Shown here one piece after another: positions 25,801 through 36,832 of a DNA stretch of 64,000 nucleotides. Positions within the stretch are counted from its first letter, which is position 1. Each line of letters starts with the position of its first letter. The notes below the pieces were generated by a model that was not told the origin of the DNA, searched no databases, and saw only the letters and a program-made list of their open reading frames with translations. The DNA comes from Klebsormidium nitens. Lineage: Eukaryota > Plantae > Klebsormidiophyceae. Both the position numbers and the translations under genes were made by a program. The stretch spans positions 1-64,000 of the forward strand of contig DF237325.1 in NCBI GenBank assembly GCA_000708835.1. The letters are read 5' to 3'.

Positions 25801-28800
25801 CAGACATGTCTGCAGCACGATTCCGCTTGCTGCTTATCGGAGGAGTTGACACAGTCCGCTGTCCCCTCCGCGTCGAATTTTGCCAACCGTTTATCTGGCA
25901 GACGAAGCCGTTTCATAGCCTTTATTATTCAAAGAACTCTCTCGTGCGATGGCGTCTACAGGGCGAAGAGGCCCCCCCTCCCGGCGAGGCGGACCCGAAG
26001 CACCCGGTCGCGCCGAACGCGCTGTGGGACATCGTGGGCCGTGTGAAGCAGCGCATTGTGGACGGGTTCAGCCCTGAGGCGCGCAGCGTGTTCGAGCGCG
26101 AGTTCCACCTCTTCGACAGTATCACGGCCATCAGCGGCAAGATCAAACCGCTGCCGAAAGAGCAGCGCCGGGCCGCCATTAAACCGTGAGCACGCGTCGC
26201 GCAAGTTCTCTCTCTCGGGGCAGTTGTCTCTATTTTGGGCTGTCTGATTGGAGCGATTATTTCCTCCGGTTGAGTTCCGCTGGTCCTTTTTCTTGGCTTA
26301 CGTCAAAGCCTTGGTTGACAGTGCTCAACGGGATAGCTGGAATGGTGGGTACTTGGAGCGTAACTTGTGCGGCTGGCATCCAGTCTCTAAAGCATAAGAG
26401 GACTCTGTAGTCGGCACTTGTCAAAGCACACGTCATCTGGGCACGGCTGGGACAAGCAGCTGCCCTCACACGCTAACAATGCCCTGAAGACCACCAACGA
26501 AGTGAATCCTCTTTCTCACGTGTTGTGGACCTCATTGCTGCCGTGCCGAAAATGCTCTTGGGAATAGGGGAGAACCCTGCGCTTGCAAGCAGGTGACGTC
26601 AACATGTGTGCGTTTGCATCGCTTGGGAGGGCATCGAGGTGGAGGGCGGGCACAGTTACCCATAGAGTCCCCGAAGGGCTCTAGAAAACTTGCGTCAGGA
26701 AGCTGCTGACGTCGAAGATCGTTCTCGCAGGGCTCTGGAGGGCATCGAGGTAGAGGGCGGGGACTGTTATTTGCCGACGGCCCCCGACAAGCTGGTGGTG
26801 GGCATACAGCGTGACAGCGGCGTCGCGCTCCAGTCGGCCGCCAAGGCGCCCTTCCTGCTGGCTTTCGACGTGCGGGACAGGACGGGGGATCCCTCCGCGG
26901 TGCACACGCAGGGCTGCATCTTCAAGGTACGGTAAAAAGGATTTACTAAGGGAAACAATGGCTGCCTGGCCAGTAGGTTTACAGATCTGGAAAAGATTGT
27001 CTGCCTGGCAACGAATGAGACGGACAACGAGGTTGCTTGCCCGACGAGGGACCACACGGAACGCAAACGCACGCCCGCTCAATGTCCCTAGTACTTGGAC
27101 GAAAACCGCGACTGTCCGCAGTATGCACTTGGTATTCATTTGCTATCTGACACTTTCATTTCAGGGGTGCGGAAAAACTTTGTACTTCGGCCTCTCGAAA
27201 CGCAGTCGAAAGTTTGTTCACGGCTGAAAGAGGAGCTTAATGACCTTCAAAAATACAGCTCGCCGTGCGTCTGCTCGTGTCACAGCATCTTTTCCTCCCT
27301 GGCACGTGCGTCTCAAGGAATCAAGAAGTTTGCATCAAATACTTTGCGGAACCTGCTACTGACCAGAACCGCGGCCGCGATGCGAGCTTCGCGAGTGTCT
27401 AATGACGTGTCACCTTGCGTCTGCTCGCAGGAGGGCGACGACTGCCGGCAGGACGTGCTGGCTCTCCAGGTCATCTCCCTCCTGCGCGACATGTTCGCCG
27501 CAGTACACCTGGACCTCTACCTCTGCCCGTACGGCGTTCTGCCCACCGGGTACGAGCGGGGGATCATCGAAATGGTGCCTAACACGCGCAGCCGCACCCA
27601 AATGGGCGAGGTCACGGATCACGGCCTGTTTCAAATGTACCAGCAGGACTACGGGCCGGTCGGGAGTGCCGCGTTCGAGGCGGCGCGGAATAACTTCATT
27701 GTGAGTTCGGCGGGGTATGCGGTGGCGAGCCTGCTGCTGCAGCCAAAGGACCGGCACAACGGGAACCTGCTGTACGACAACAAGGTGAGACCCGGCCTCC
27801 CGTCATTGTTTCCTGCAGTCGCGCGTTCCACCATGTAATGTGTCTTGCACCGATCTCCAATCCGCTTCCCGTACAATTGCATCTGCGGTGGGTTTGCAGT
27901 GCAGCCCAACTGCGACAAGGGCCGTTGATTGACGTTTGTTTGCAAGTGGATCTGACTTGAGGACATTCTTTGGACATTTTGCCACTCCCGAGACGCAAGA
28001 ACTTTCCAGTAGAAGGGCGTGTGGCAGGACTTGAGCTTTTGAGTCGTTTCAACCTGTTCCGCTCCTCCGACGGGCGGCAGAAGAAGCATTCTCAAAATTT
28101 CCCGCCACAGTGTTCAGCTAGCTCTCAACTCTTGGACGGCAAAGCTTAAGTGCCAGCTTGCCCTGCGTGCAGGGCCGGCTGGTGCACATCGACTTCGGGT
28201 TCATTTTGGAGATCTCGCCGGGCGGCAACATGCGCTTCGAGAGCGCCGACTTCAAGCTGAGCCACGAGATGACGCAGCTGCTCGACCCCAGCGGGGCCAT
28301 GAGGAGCGACTCCTGGGCGCGCTTCGTCAGGTCAATTAACGCAGGGGGTTCCTATGTCTGATTTAATCAAGGGGCGTTGCTTTTAATGGTCCTGACTCCA
28401 AAGCTGCTTTTCAGTTTCGGGATGCTTCTGGGACCGATATTGCGAGTGGTATTCAGACCCTGTTTCGTCACTCTTTGTATGCCTGATCGCAGCGTGCCCG
28501 ACCAAGATCTCGTCGTTTCTTTCCGGTCCTCCTCGTCGTCATTGTGTTGTCAATTCGGTACTTCAATCCTTCCACAATCCAAGGCATAGTAGCTCTAAGC
28601 CCCTGCGTACCCCTGCTTCCACGCTTCGCGGCCCTGTGCAGCGCTTCTGCCCGAGCGGTCGGCCTTTTCACACTCCTAACGCCCATCTCTGTGCAGCCTG
28701 TGTGTGAAGGGCTACTTGGCGGCGCGCGTCCACGCGGAGGCCATCATCTCGACCGTCAATCTGATGGTCGACAGCGGCCTGCCCTGCTTCAGCCGGGGGG

Positions 28801-28955
28801 ACCCCATGGGCAACCTTCGCAAGAGACTGCACCTAGAAATGACGGAGAGGGAAGCCGCCAACTTCATGATCGCCACGTGTGAGGACGCGTACAACAAGTG
28901 GACGACCTCCGGCTACGACGTCATCCAATACCTCCAGCAAGATATTCAGCACTGA
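13863..28955 (+). CDS. PI4KA: Phosphatidylinositol 4-kinase alpha (type III alpha), about 1985 aa, 22 coding exons
   Basis: Phase-consistent exons: 13863-14795, 15168-15398, 15812-15970, 16177-16389, 16827-17003, 17471-17755, 18088-18294, 18806-18963, 19373-19559, 19955-20170, 20507-20689, 21332-21521, 21855-22168, 22613-22969, 23481-23938, 24282-24561, 25279-25497, 25962-26185, 26731-26926, 27431-27784, 28173-28330, 28697-28955. Motifs: MDSLKELVDVLA start, helical PIK domain FFMPQLVQALRYD, LQSAAKAPF, IFK-EGDDCRQD, KDRHNGN, VHIDFGFILEISPGGN, C-terminal YDVIQYLQQDIQH. Confidence 0.96.
14927..14972. repeat. Two exact tandem 22-bp copies in PI4K intron 1
   Basis: GTGAGTCACGATTTTTGTGGTA twice. 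Confidence 0.9.
24960..25315 (+). repeat. Degenerate tandem repeat of about 115-125 bp that triplicates the PI4K exon 17 acceptor and exon start
   Basis: CGCAGG(C)GCTGGACCTGCTGACCCC variants at about 25044, 25161 and 25274 (the used site). Each is preceded by a GCTCGCTT...AGG(G/C)TTAGC(T/C)CAAA block. Confidence 0.85.
25680..25809. repeat. Two exact tandem 64-bp copies in PI4K intron 17
   Basis: GTTTGAGGATTTCGCCTTGCTTCGTATGTGCTGGCATGCTCAGGGCAAGCGGCCATTCAGACAT at 25680-25743 and 25744-25807. Confidence 0.95.
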
Positions 28956-30345
28956 AACGTGCAGACCAGAACACATATGCTCGATCACAGCCGAGTTTTT
29001 GAAGACCAGTGCGTATGCGTTGCATATGTTAAATAAGAATTTGCAACTTCCATTCTCAGGTGTGCCTTTATTCAAACAAGTCTGAGAAGTTGAGAACAAT
29101 GTGTCTCTGTTCGTTTGCCACAGCCGTTTCCGTTGGCAAGCTACCCAATGCTTATGGCGTTCGGTACGTCTATGGTCTTGAAATTGGCTGGCAGCTCCGA
29201 TTGCAGCTGCATGCCCGCCTTGATTCCCGTGTCGATCACAAGCAAAGCGGCTTAGGTGCTGCAGAAAGATGAGTGGCATGCTAGGACATGTTGTAAGCTC
29301 TCCGCCGCTTTGTTTGTCGATCCACTTTGTGACATTCGTTGGTACCGTCAATTGAGTCCACTCCAGCCACAGCACGCATTCGGTATTGATCTTGTTACTA
29401 ATTATGCAACCGTCCCATAACTTTGGCGCAACACAACATGTACGGAACCGATCGCAGCGTGCCCGCGCTAGCATGTGGCTGATTGATCCAAATCCATCAA
29501 TGCTTTTGGAGATCCAAACTCTGAAACTCACCGGGGGCGGCTCTCCTCAGGGTAATGATTCATGCAAGTCAGTTCGACTCTCGTTGTATTGTCACAGTTA
29601 TACATCGCCACCAGGCACTGTTGGTGCCCACTGACCCAGCATCCGAGCGCCTTTAAAGCGTTCAACCTAGCGCATTCGAGTGCCTTGAGCACTCACCCAA
29701 CGCGCCAGTACCATCGGCAGTTCAGAAGAAGCGGTACCGTACCAGCAGCGACAACACCAAACATGGGGGTTGGAAAACCATACGTAGAACACTAGAAGGG
29801 ATATAAGTACGTACGAACATGACAGTAACTTGATTGGCAATTATAGCCTTTTACTTGCCTCCCTTGGGACATCATACGATTGACATGGCCCAAAAACGGA
29901 GGCATTTTCATTCGTGATATCCTATCCTTTTTATTTCGGAACCCTTACCGGGTTGACCGCGTTGAGCGACTACCCCCCCCTTAACCCCGGCAGTTTCCCT
30001 GCTTCGAACACCGGAGATTTTGAACCCCGTACTAAACCCTTCATCGCAAAACTTTCAAGGGTTCCGAGGACATTCTAGTTGAAATGATGGCGGCATGGAT
30101 TCATGGAATGATGACATGGACATTATGCACATTCTGGCCCACGCCTGGCCAGCTTTTCCGCTCAGGCAGCGCTGTCATGCACACTGCACACGCAGCATGC
30201 ACACGTACTGCACAACGCAGTCAACAGAGTAGCCAAGTAATATTAGTGCTACCGGTATGCAGTCAAAAGTAGTAGTGCAATGCGGTCAACAGTAGTGCAA
30301 TGCAGTTGACAATTACAATGGTGACGTGCAGGCTGATCAGGAACA

Positions 30346-30679
30346 TCATATAGGTCGGTATACAGGACCCTGGCCAAAGATGCCGTGGATTTCGGGGTGA
30401 ACACCAAAGAAGTTCTGCCACTCGAAGGGCGAGGGACCAAGGATTACACAGCAGCCGGGTCTCATGCAAGTTGCCGAGGGGTTTTGTCCAGGCCTGCATT
30501 CACTTGTGCAGCTTCGCATGAAGCCGGGTTTTAGCTGCCACCAGACATAATGTGGTGGCAACAGCTATCAGACCTTAGCCCCTCTTCTGAGAGAATGGTC
30601 TTTCTTGGTTGTTGGTGGTGCGATGTGCAGCAGACGCGATAGGCCACAGATTCAAAGGCGCACTGACCATGGTCGTCAT
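30346..30679 (-). pseudogene. Disrupted exon encoding a small Cys-rich module paralogous to the N-terminus of the neighbouring thaumatin-like gene
   Basis: After a CAG acceptor it reads DDHGQCAFESVAYRVCCT, then a 111-bp insert flanked by an 8-bp direct repeat, then SECRPGQNPSATCMRPGCCVILGPSPFEW...RPI-stop. No upstream signal-peptide exon was found. Confidence 0.6.
30505..30631. mobile_element. 111-bp insertion flanked by the 8-bp direct repeat TGTGCAGC (TSD-like)
   Basis: TGTGCAGC at 30505-30512 and 30624-30631. Removing 119 bp restores the VCCTSEC frame. Internal stem TGCCACCA...TGGTGGCA. No convincing TIR and no GT-AG boundaries. Confidence 0.5.
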
Positions 30680-31377
30680 CTGCAGGAGGATGCAGACTCT
30701 AGTTTGACTGCAGCTATGACCTAAGGTGAGAGGTCATAGCGATTGAGGGTCAACAACGAGCAGTCTCTCCAAGCTCTCAAAGTTGCTGCATCGAGCAGTG
30801 GGAACTTGAGCGGCCATCAACAAGCAGGACCGCTCCACCATGTTTCTTGTCCCGAGGTAGAGCTTCAAACCGACTAACATGTGAGTAGGCACCTCGCTTG
30901 GATCGTAGACTGCGCTACGGGGCGCATTACTTCAACCCTTGAGATCTGAGATTCCCAGCAGATGAAAGAGGATTCGGAGCACCTGTGTTGTGGGGTCACA
31001 AGCTACTGGTGCCGTTCCTTAAGCAATTCACAATGAGGTTACCCCAATCACTACAATATTCCCAGCTTCATTCTAAATCTATGAAGACTGCCTACTTGCT
31101 TTTGGTGACAGACTGCCAATCTGCCTTTCTACGTTCTTCTTCTCTACACTCTCGACGCACTCTGCCACAACGGACGTCTACTGCTTGTTGGACCCTGCCA
31201 AGTTGAGAGTGTAGCACAAAGAAAACAAGGCTGGCTCTTCACTTGTGGTGCCCCACTGAGATGTTGCATCAAGCTCCTTGACATGAACCTCTTACCTCAG
31301 TAGTTTGCCGAGGTTTGGAAAGGCTCCCCCAGGAAGCAAAGCATACCCCTTCTTTGCAGAGAATAGCGGGCATCAAC

Positions 31378-34300
31378 ATGACGTACCTTTGGAAAGCACG
31401 GTCGACGGGGCTCCTTGTAGCCCTGGCCCTGCTTGCGCTACCAAAGCAATGCCGCTCTGCTTCAACATTGGTTCCGCCCCCAGGTCAGTTCCCATATCAG
31501 TCACAACATCTTCTAAACTCTTCTGACCTCTTCATCTTCTTCATGGCGGCTCGCCAGCTTGGCTTTTTGATAGTAGGCTTTGGAGGGTTCGGGAAGACTG
31601 TGCTCTGTCTTAACAGCTTGATCAGGTACCATTATGGACTTTCCTTTGCAGTTCTGCTTCGACCGGTGATTTGAAGGGCGCCGTCCAGAGGACTGGAACT
31701 TGAGCAGAGAATAATCCAAGGATTGATACTGCTGTCAGACTGGTTGATTCCTTTGTGCCTGCTCCGACAGTCAACCGCTCCTACGTAGTCCCCAGGACTT
31801 GAACTTCTTTCACAGTTAGAATTGTTTTTTCCAGCAAATCTTGTGTCTGACCTTCCTGTTCCGTGTTGACCTGCATGAGGGGTTCAGGTTTGGCCGACAT
31901 GTCATTTTGATCACATGGCAGCTTGAGGAACCCTCATCGCTATGAGCAACAAGGGCGCGGAACACAAGTCAAAATCTTCAAGCTTGTTGTTGTGCACTCT
32001 TCTGGTTTCAACTGAGGAGCGGTACTTGCCTGGTATGGGGTCGCTGGACCGATTCTGACTCTCAAGACAAAAGATCGGCCTTCTGTAAAAGCTAGCCCCC
32101 TTCTACTTTGCAGCTATCTGCCCGGACAGCGGCTTCCCAAACCAGGCAAGTTTGATCACCAGCTCTCTGATTGCAGATTACATGTCACCCCTGGTTGTGG
32201 GTGGGCCTCTTGACTTGAAAGTCGAAGGCTGCGTGCACGCATGGATTCAATGCCTTGGAGACCTCATGGGGAAAACATCAGGAGCTAGCTTTCACGCCGA
32301 TGGTTGCAGGCGATCACTTTGTTTTATGGCCTGCTCACACCTTTGAGAAATGTTATGAATGACCAAGTTCGCTACATGGCATATTGACTGGGAGTTTGGC
32401 ACCGGATTGTAGCTTCTCAAACTGCTCCATGAGCTTTGGATATCCTCGGATGTGGTTATGCTGACTTTCCTTCGCCAGAGGTTCATCAGTGATCACTCTG
32501 CCTGATTCGTTACCATCTTCAGTTTGGCTCAGCTTCAAACGTCATCAATCTATTGGCGGTTCTACATCCTCAATCAACTGATCAGCTTATGGGTCATAGT
32601 CATTAACAATGCAGTAATCAAGGATTCCGTTGAAGTAACGCGACATGTCCATTTGCTTCTGCAGTGCTTCACCGCGGATCGCAGTGACTTCGTCTGCTGC
32701 ACCGCTGAGTGCGGACCCGTAACTGATAACCAGGCCACTTGCTTGGACGAGCAAACCGGGGCAACTGCAACCTCAACTTCAAACCCGCCCCCGCCGCCTC
32801 CGAACCTGCCTGCAAACCCGCCCCCAATTCCAACTCCAACCCCATCCCTAACCACAACCCCAACCCCAACCCCAACTCCAACCGCAACCTCGACTCCGAC
32901 ACCAAACCCAATCGCATCTGTCCCCAACGGCGAGCTTGTTCCCAGCTTGGGGACGCCTGCGCCAGCCACTATCAGCAGTGCCCCTGAGGGATCCCCCGAC
33001 GCCCTTGCCCCCACTTCCCCCCCGGCACAAGCACTCGCACCAACAGCCCAACTGGTTACCGCTACCGCTCCGTCGCCCAGTTCCTCGACAAGTACTGCAT
33101 CTTCACCTTCACCTGCTAGCGGACCTGGTAACCCGCCACCTAACCAGAGTGCAAACCCCCCTGCATCAGGTGAGCAACTGGGATTGGAGAGTAGATGGGG
33201 AGGACTTCCCCGAGGAGTCTTTTTTGGAGTTGATTGACTGTAGGAGAACGACGAAAGACTGGCAGGAAATGCAGAGATACTCATCTTCTGGCATGATACT
33301 TTCCCCGTTGCTTACGTTGGGGTGAGGGCGGTAGAGAAGCCCAGCAGATTGCGGGATTTGCGCCTTTGTTGCACGGTGAGACGGCCTTCGCAATTTTACC
33401 CGCACGGCTTGCCCTGTCGGAACTTCGTGTACTTTTTTTCTCTGCGGAGCTCCCACGGTTGGGGGCCAACGTGCTCTAACTGACATGAACGGTAGACAAT
33501 TGGAAAAGCAAAGCTTGGGTGTTTCTGTGCTATGCTGTTTCCCCCATTTCTGGTCTCTCATCTGGTACGATCGTTTTTGGCAGTAAACCCCGGCCCCTCG
33601 ACGACACGTCTTCTTGACATGTTTCAAAATCCTTCCGATACGTTCAGAAACTTGCAACCAAGGGTGCATTCTTCGTGTGTGGGCTTCTTGGGTAACTGCT
33701 CGAGCCTGAGTCTTGCACCCATCGGTGGGACGCACAGGGTCCGCTTCACCTTCCCCAACTTCGCCGCACCACTCATTTCCGCGCACATAGCCGCCTTTGC
33801 CGTTTCCCCTCTCCTCATCTCACCCGCAAAGCGCACCCCCCCAAGAAGATCCATCTTCAAGCCATCACGTCACAGGCACCCCCCCACCACCCTTCCGGGG
33901 ATCCACCCCCCCGCTTGGAAACCCCACTGCGTCGCCCCCCCCCGGTACGACTCTGAGGGCCTTCACGACGGTTACCTCGGAAACCCCCCCACCGCCTCGC
34001 TCACAACCAGCCCCCCGAACAGCCATCCACCTCCGCAGGGGGTTGCGCCCCCCCCGCCGAAGGTGTCCGCCCCGCCTCCGCCGGTCGTGAAAGCACCCCC
34101 CCCGCCACGAGGTCGCGAAATCCCCCCCGCCGCCCGAGCAGGGAGCACCCCCGCCGCCCAAGCGGGCACCTCCACCGCCCCGACAGGCGCCCCCGCCGCC
34201 AGGTGAGCAAGATTTGCGAATTGCATTTTCCGACAGTCAGCAAATCGATCGTCACTCTGAGCATGTCTTGTGGCTTTAGGCCACCGTAAAACCCAAGCAG

Positions 34301-35703
34301 GATGTTGAAAGCATCGGCGGCGCATCTATAGATTCCGGTGGGGCTCGTTTCTTCTAAGTCTTGGTCTCTCCCATTTCTTGACCGGGAAGGCGACCCTAAC
34401 CAACGCGTGCGTCCCCTCACCTAAGTCTGTCTGCTATCAACCTGCTTTCTGGGTCCTTCCAATGCGTGAGCGGTTCCTCGCCCCGACTCAGCCGTGCTCC
34501 TCTCGCGCGCATCTAAATCCGGAAGCACACGAAGGACACTAACCTGATTGGTCAGCCTGACGAAACCCGTCTTCCCTGCCTGCAGTTCCAACCAACCGCA
34601 CCTTCACCGTCCGCAACAACTGCGCCCAAACGGTCTGGGTCGCCCAGTTCAGCGTCCCGGGCTACACCCCGTTGACCACCACCTCGAACCTAACCCTAAC
34701 CACCGGCCAAACCGCCGTCTTCACAACCGACAACACCTGGATCGGTCGCATCTGGGGGCGGACCAGATGTGGGGGATCCCCTTTCCGCTGCGCCACGGGC
34801 GACTGCAACGGCGCCACGTGTGCCAAGGGCGTGACGGGGCAACCTCCGGCCACGCTCGCGGAATTCACGCTCGCGCAGCCTCGGGGTTTGGACTTCTATG
34901 ACGTCAGCGTGGTTGACGGGTTCAACCTGCAGATACAGGTACGGAAGAGACTTTCCTTTTATCCAGATTGTTTGGAAACCTGTAATAACTAGGAGGGCCG
35001 TTATGAAAACGAGAGCGCGATGGGGGAGATGCGTGATCTTACCTGACAATTGAGGGAAGTCGATTAACCATTTTGAATCGTTATACATCGATCTCCAACT
35101 CCTTGTTAAAGACGTCAGTTCTTGAGTTCTAATTGTTGAGCTCAGGCAGGTGGTACGACCATGGCTGACTCTCAACTATTATGATCGTCCTATAGACCCT
35201 TGCAGAGCGCAGCGACAGCTCCGTGATTTTGCAAGCCAGTGTGAAAAGCACCTACAATCCTCGGTATTTGTCCCGTCTTGGATTTGTCCGGTTTCGACCT
35301 CGTTTTGAATCCAGAATTAGTCATGCAAGCTTCGTTTCTCGCGCAGATCAAGCCGAGCAAGTCCAGCTGCCCCACGATCGGCTGCGTCGCCGACCTGGTT
35401 AACAACGGCGCCTGCCCGGCGGTCCTCCAGAAGAAGGACGCCTCCGGAAAAGTTGTCGGGTGCTACAGCGCGTGCTCCGCTCCAGCGATGACGACCTCCC
35501 CCGACCGCCCCAAGTACTGCTGTACTGGGAACTACAGCCTCCCCGGGCCGTGCCAGGCGGTGCACCCCGACCAGTTTTCCTCCGTGCTCAAGACGGCTTG
35601 CCCCACGGCGTATAGCTATGCGTACGACGAGAACAATAACAGCCTCTCCCAGTGCCCCGGGGGCTCCGGTGACTACGATATATTCATGTGCTGGGGGGCG
35701 TGA
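31378..35703 (+). CDS. Secreted chimeric thaumatin-like (PR-5) protein: signal peptide, Cys-rich module, Pro/Thr/Ala-rich extensin/AGP-like stalk, then a 16-Cys thaumatin domain
   Basis: Exons: 31378-31483 (MTYLWKARSTGLLVALALLALPKQCRSA), 32114-32145 (GC donor), 32665-33169, 33876-34202 (apparent compensating frameshifts), 34586-34938, 35347-35703. Thaumatin motifs: TFTVRNNC, GRIWGRTRC, CATGDC, PPATLAEFTL, DFYDVSVVDGFNL, YCCTG, CPTAYSYAYDE. Confidence 0.88.
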
Positions 35704-35951
35704 GGGCGATAACAGCTTGTGAGGCTGTGGGTCCTAGAAACGCCAGGATTACTTCGAGCCTGATCGAAGTACTTGTGTCGAAGTATAGCTATTCTTCGTG
35801 AGTTGTTTTCAGAGAGTCAAATAAAGGGTGCAATCGCGGAGTATAGCTCGAGATGAGAAAGCATCTCATCGGGTTGGACGCTGAATTAGAAGACCTTCAA
35901 AGCTTTCAAAAGACAGCATAAGTAGCTAGGCGTTCTGGACACATTGTTCGG

Positions 35952-36083
35952 TCTTGCCAAAAGCAGATTGAAAGATTTGCTTTAGATCATCGAGTTGAGG
36001 TAGAAGCAGGTCACCTTATTCGTTCTTGCCAAAAAGAGATTGGAAGATTTGCTTTAGATAATCGAGTTGAGGTATGAGCAGGT
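35952..36083. repeat. Two diverged direct copies of about 60 bp downstream of the thaumatin gene
   Basis: TCTTGCCAAAA..AGATTG.AAGATTTGCTTTAGAT.ATCGAGTTGAGGTA..AGCAGGT at 35952-36011 and 36024-36083. Confidence 0.9.
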
Positions 36084-36569
36084 TAGACTGAAGGTTAGAG
36101 ATGTTGGGTAGGCTAATGATTGCTTAAAAAGCTATTTTGCGTTTGTTACAAACCATAGCCTTTATGGATCATGCAGACCAGTGCACAGACATAGCTAGAC
36201 TTATCGATAGCGGTGAAGCTGACCTGGAGTAGGGAAATTAATCCAGATAACTAGGGCCTTGCCTGGTTTAGTCAGTTTATTGTTGTTTTTGGTAAATACG
36301 TTATGATGGATTGACGCTTGCAGAGAAACTGACATGCGGCTTCGTCGTACGTTGACAGTTAACCGGCAATCAGCTAGAATAAAATATCTCCTTTTGAACT
36401 CCAATCTTCCATGCATTTTGTTCGTCTTGGCGCCATGTACGCCCACGTGCAGGTGCTTCAATGTATAAAAGACGTATGAAAAGTGACCGTCTCGATTGCC
36501 GACAACGACGACTTGGGTGGATGACATAGCCATGCAGTCGAAACACTGAGCTCAATATGCACAGGGCAC

Positions 36570-36832
36570 TTTCGCAATCAACCAAGGCCCAACCAGACCG
36601 GCCTGGTTGACGGGCCTCAACCGGGGTCTGGTTGACCGTCAACCGGGCAGGGCGTGGTTGGGATCGACTTCTCCAGGACTGGTTGACGTCAACCATGACC
36701 GGTTGATCGTCAACCGGGGCGGGACTGGTTGACGGTATTCTTGACCAGAGCACGGTTGACCACCAATCAGGGCGGGCCCGGTTAATGGTCAGCCACAGAA
36801 TGCTTGGCGCCTGGTTGATGATTGGTTGAGCA
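36570..36832. repeat. Dense array of GGTTGA(C)/(G)TCAACC motifs in both orientations, several forming short palindromes
   Basis: Examples: CTGGTTGACCGTCAACCGGG, CTGGTTGACGTCAACC, CCGGTTGATCGTCAACCGGG. More than a dozen copies in about 260 bp. Confidence 0.9.

Noticed and set aside
27431-27433. EGDD instead of the usual VGDD in the PI4K kinase domain
   Set aside because: The catalytic Lys, DRH and DFG motifs are intact, so this single substitution is not evidence of changed function.
29936-30067. 11-bp inverted repeat TCGGAACCCTT as a MITE TIR
   Set aside because: No TSD, and a match this short is expected by chance in a window of this size.
34688-34701. Telomere-like AACCTAACCCTAAC
   Set aside because: It lies inside the thaumatin coding exon (NLTLT) and has only about two units.
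36570-36832. Possible CRISPR-like array
   Set aside because: There is no constant-length repeat or spacer periodicity, no cas genes, and the context is eukaryotic.
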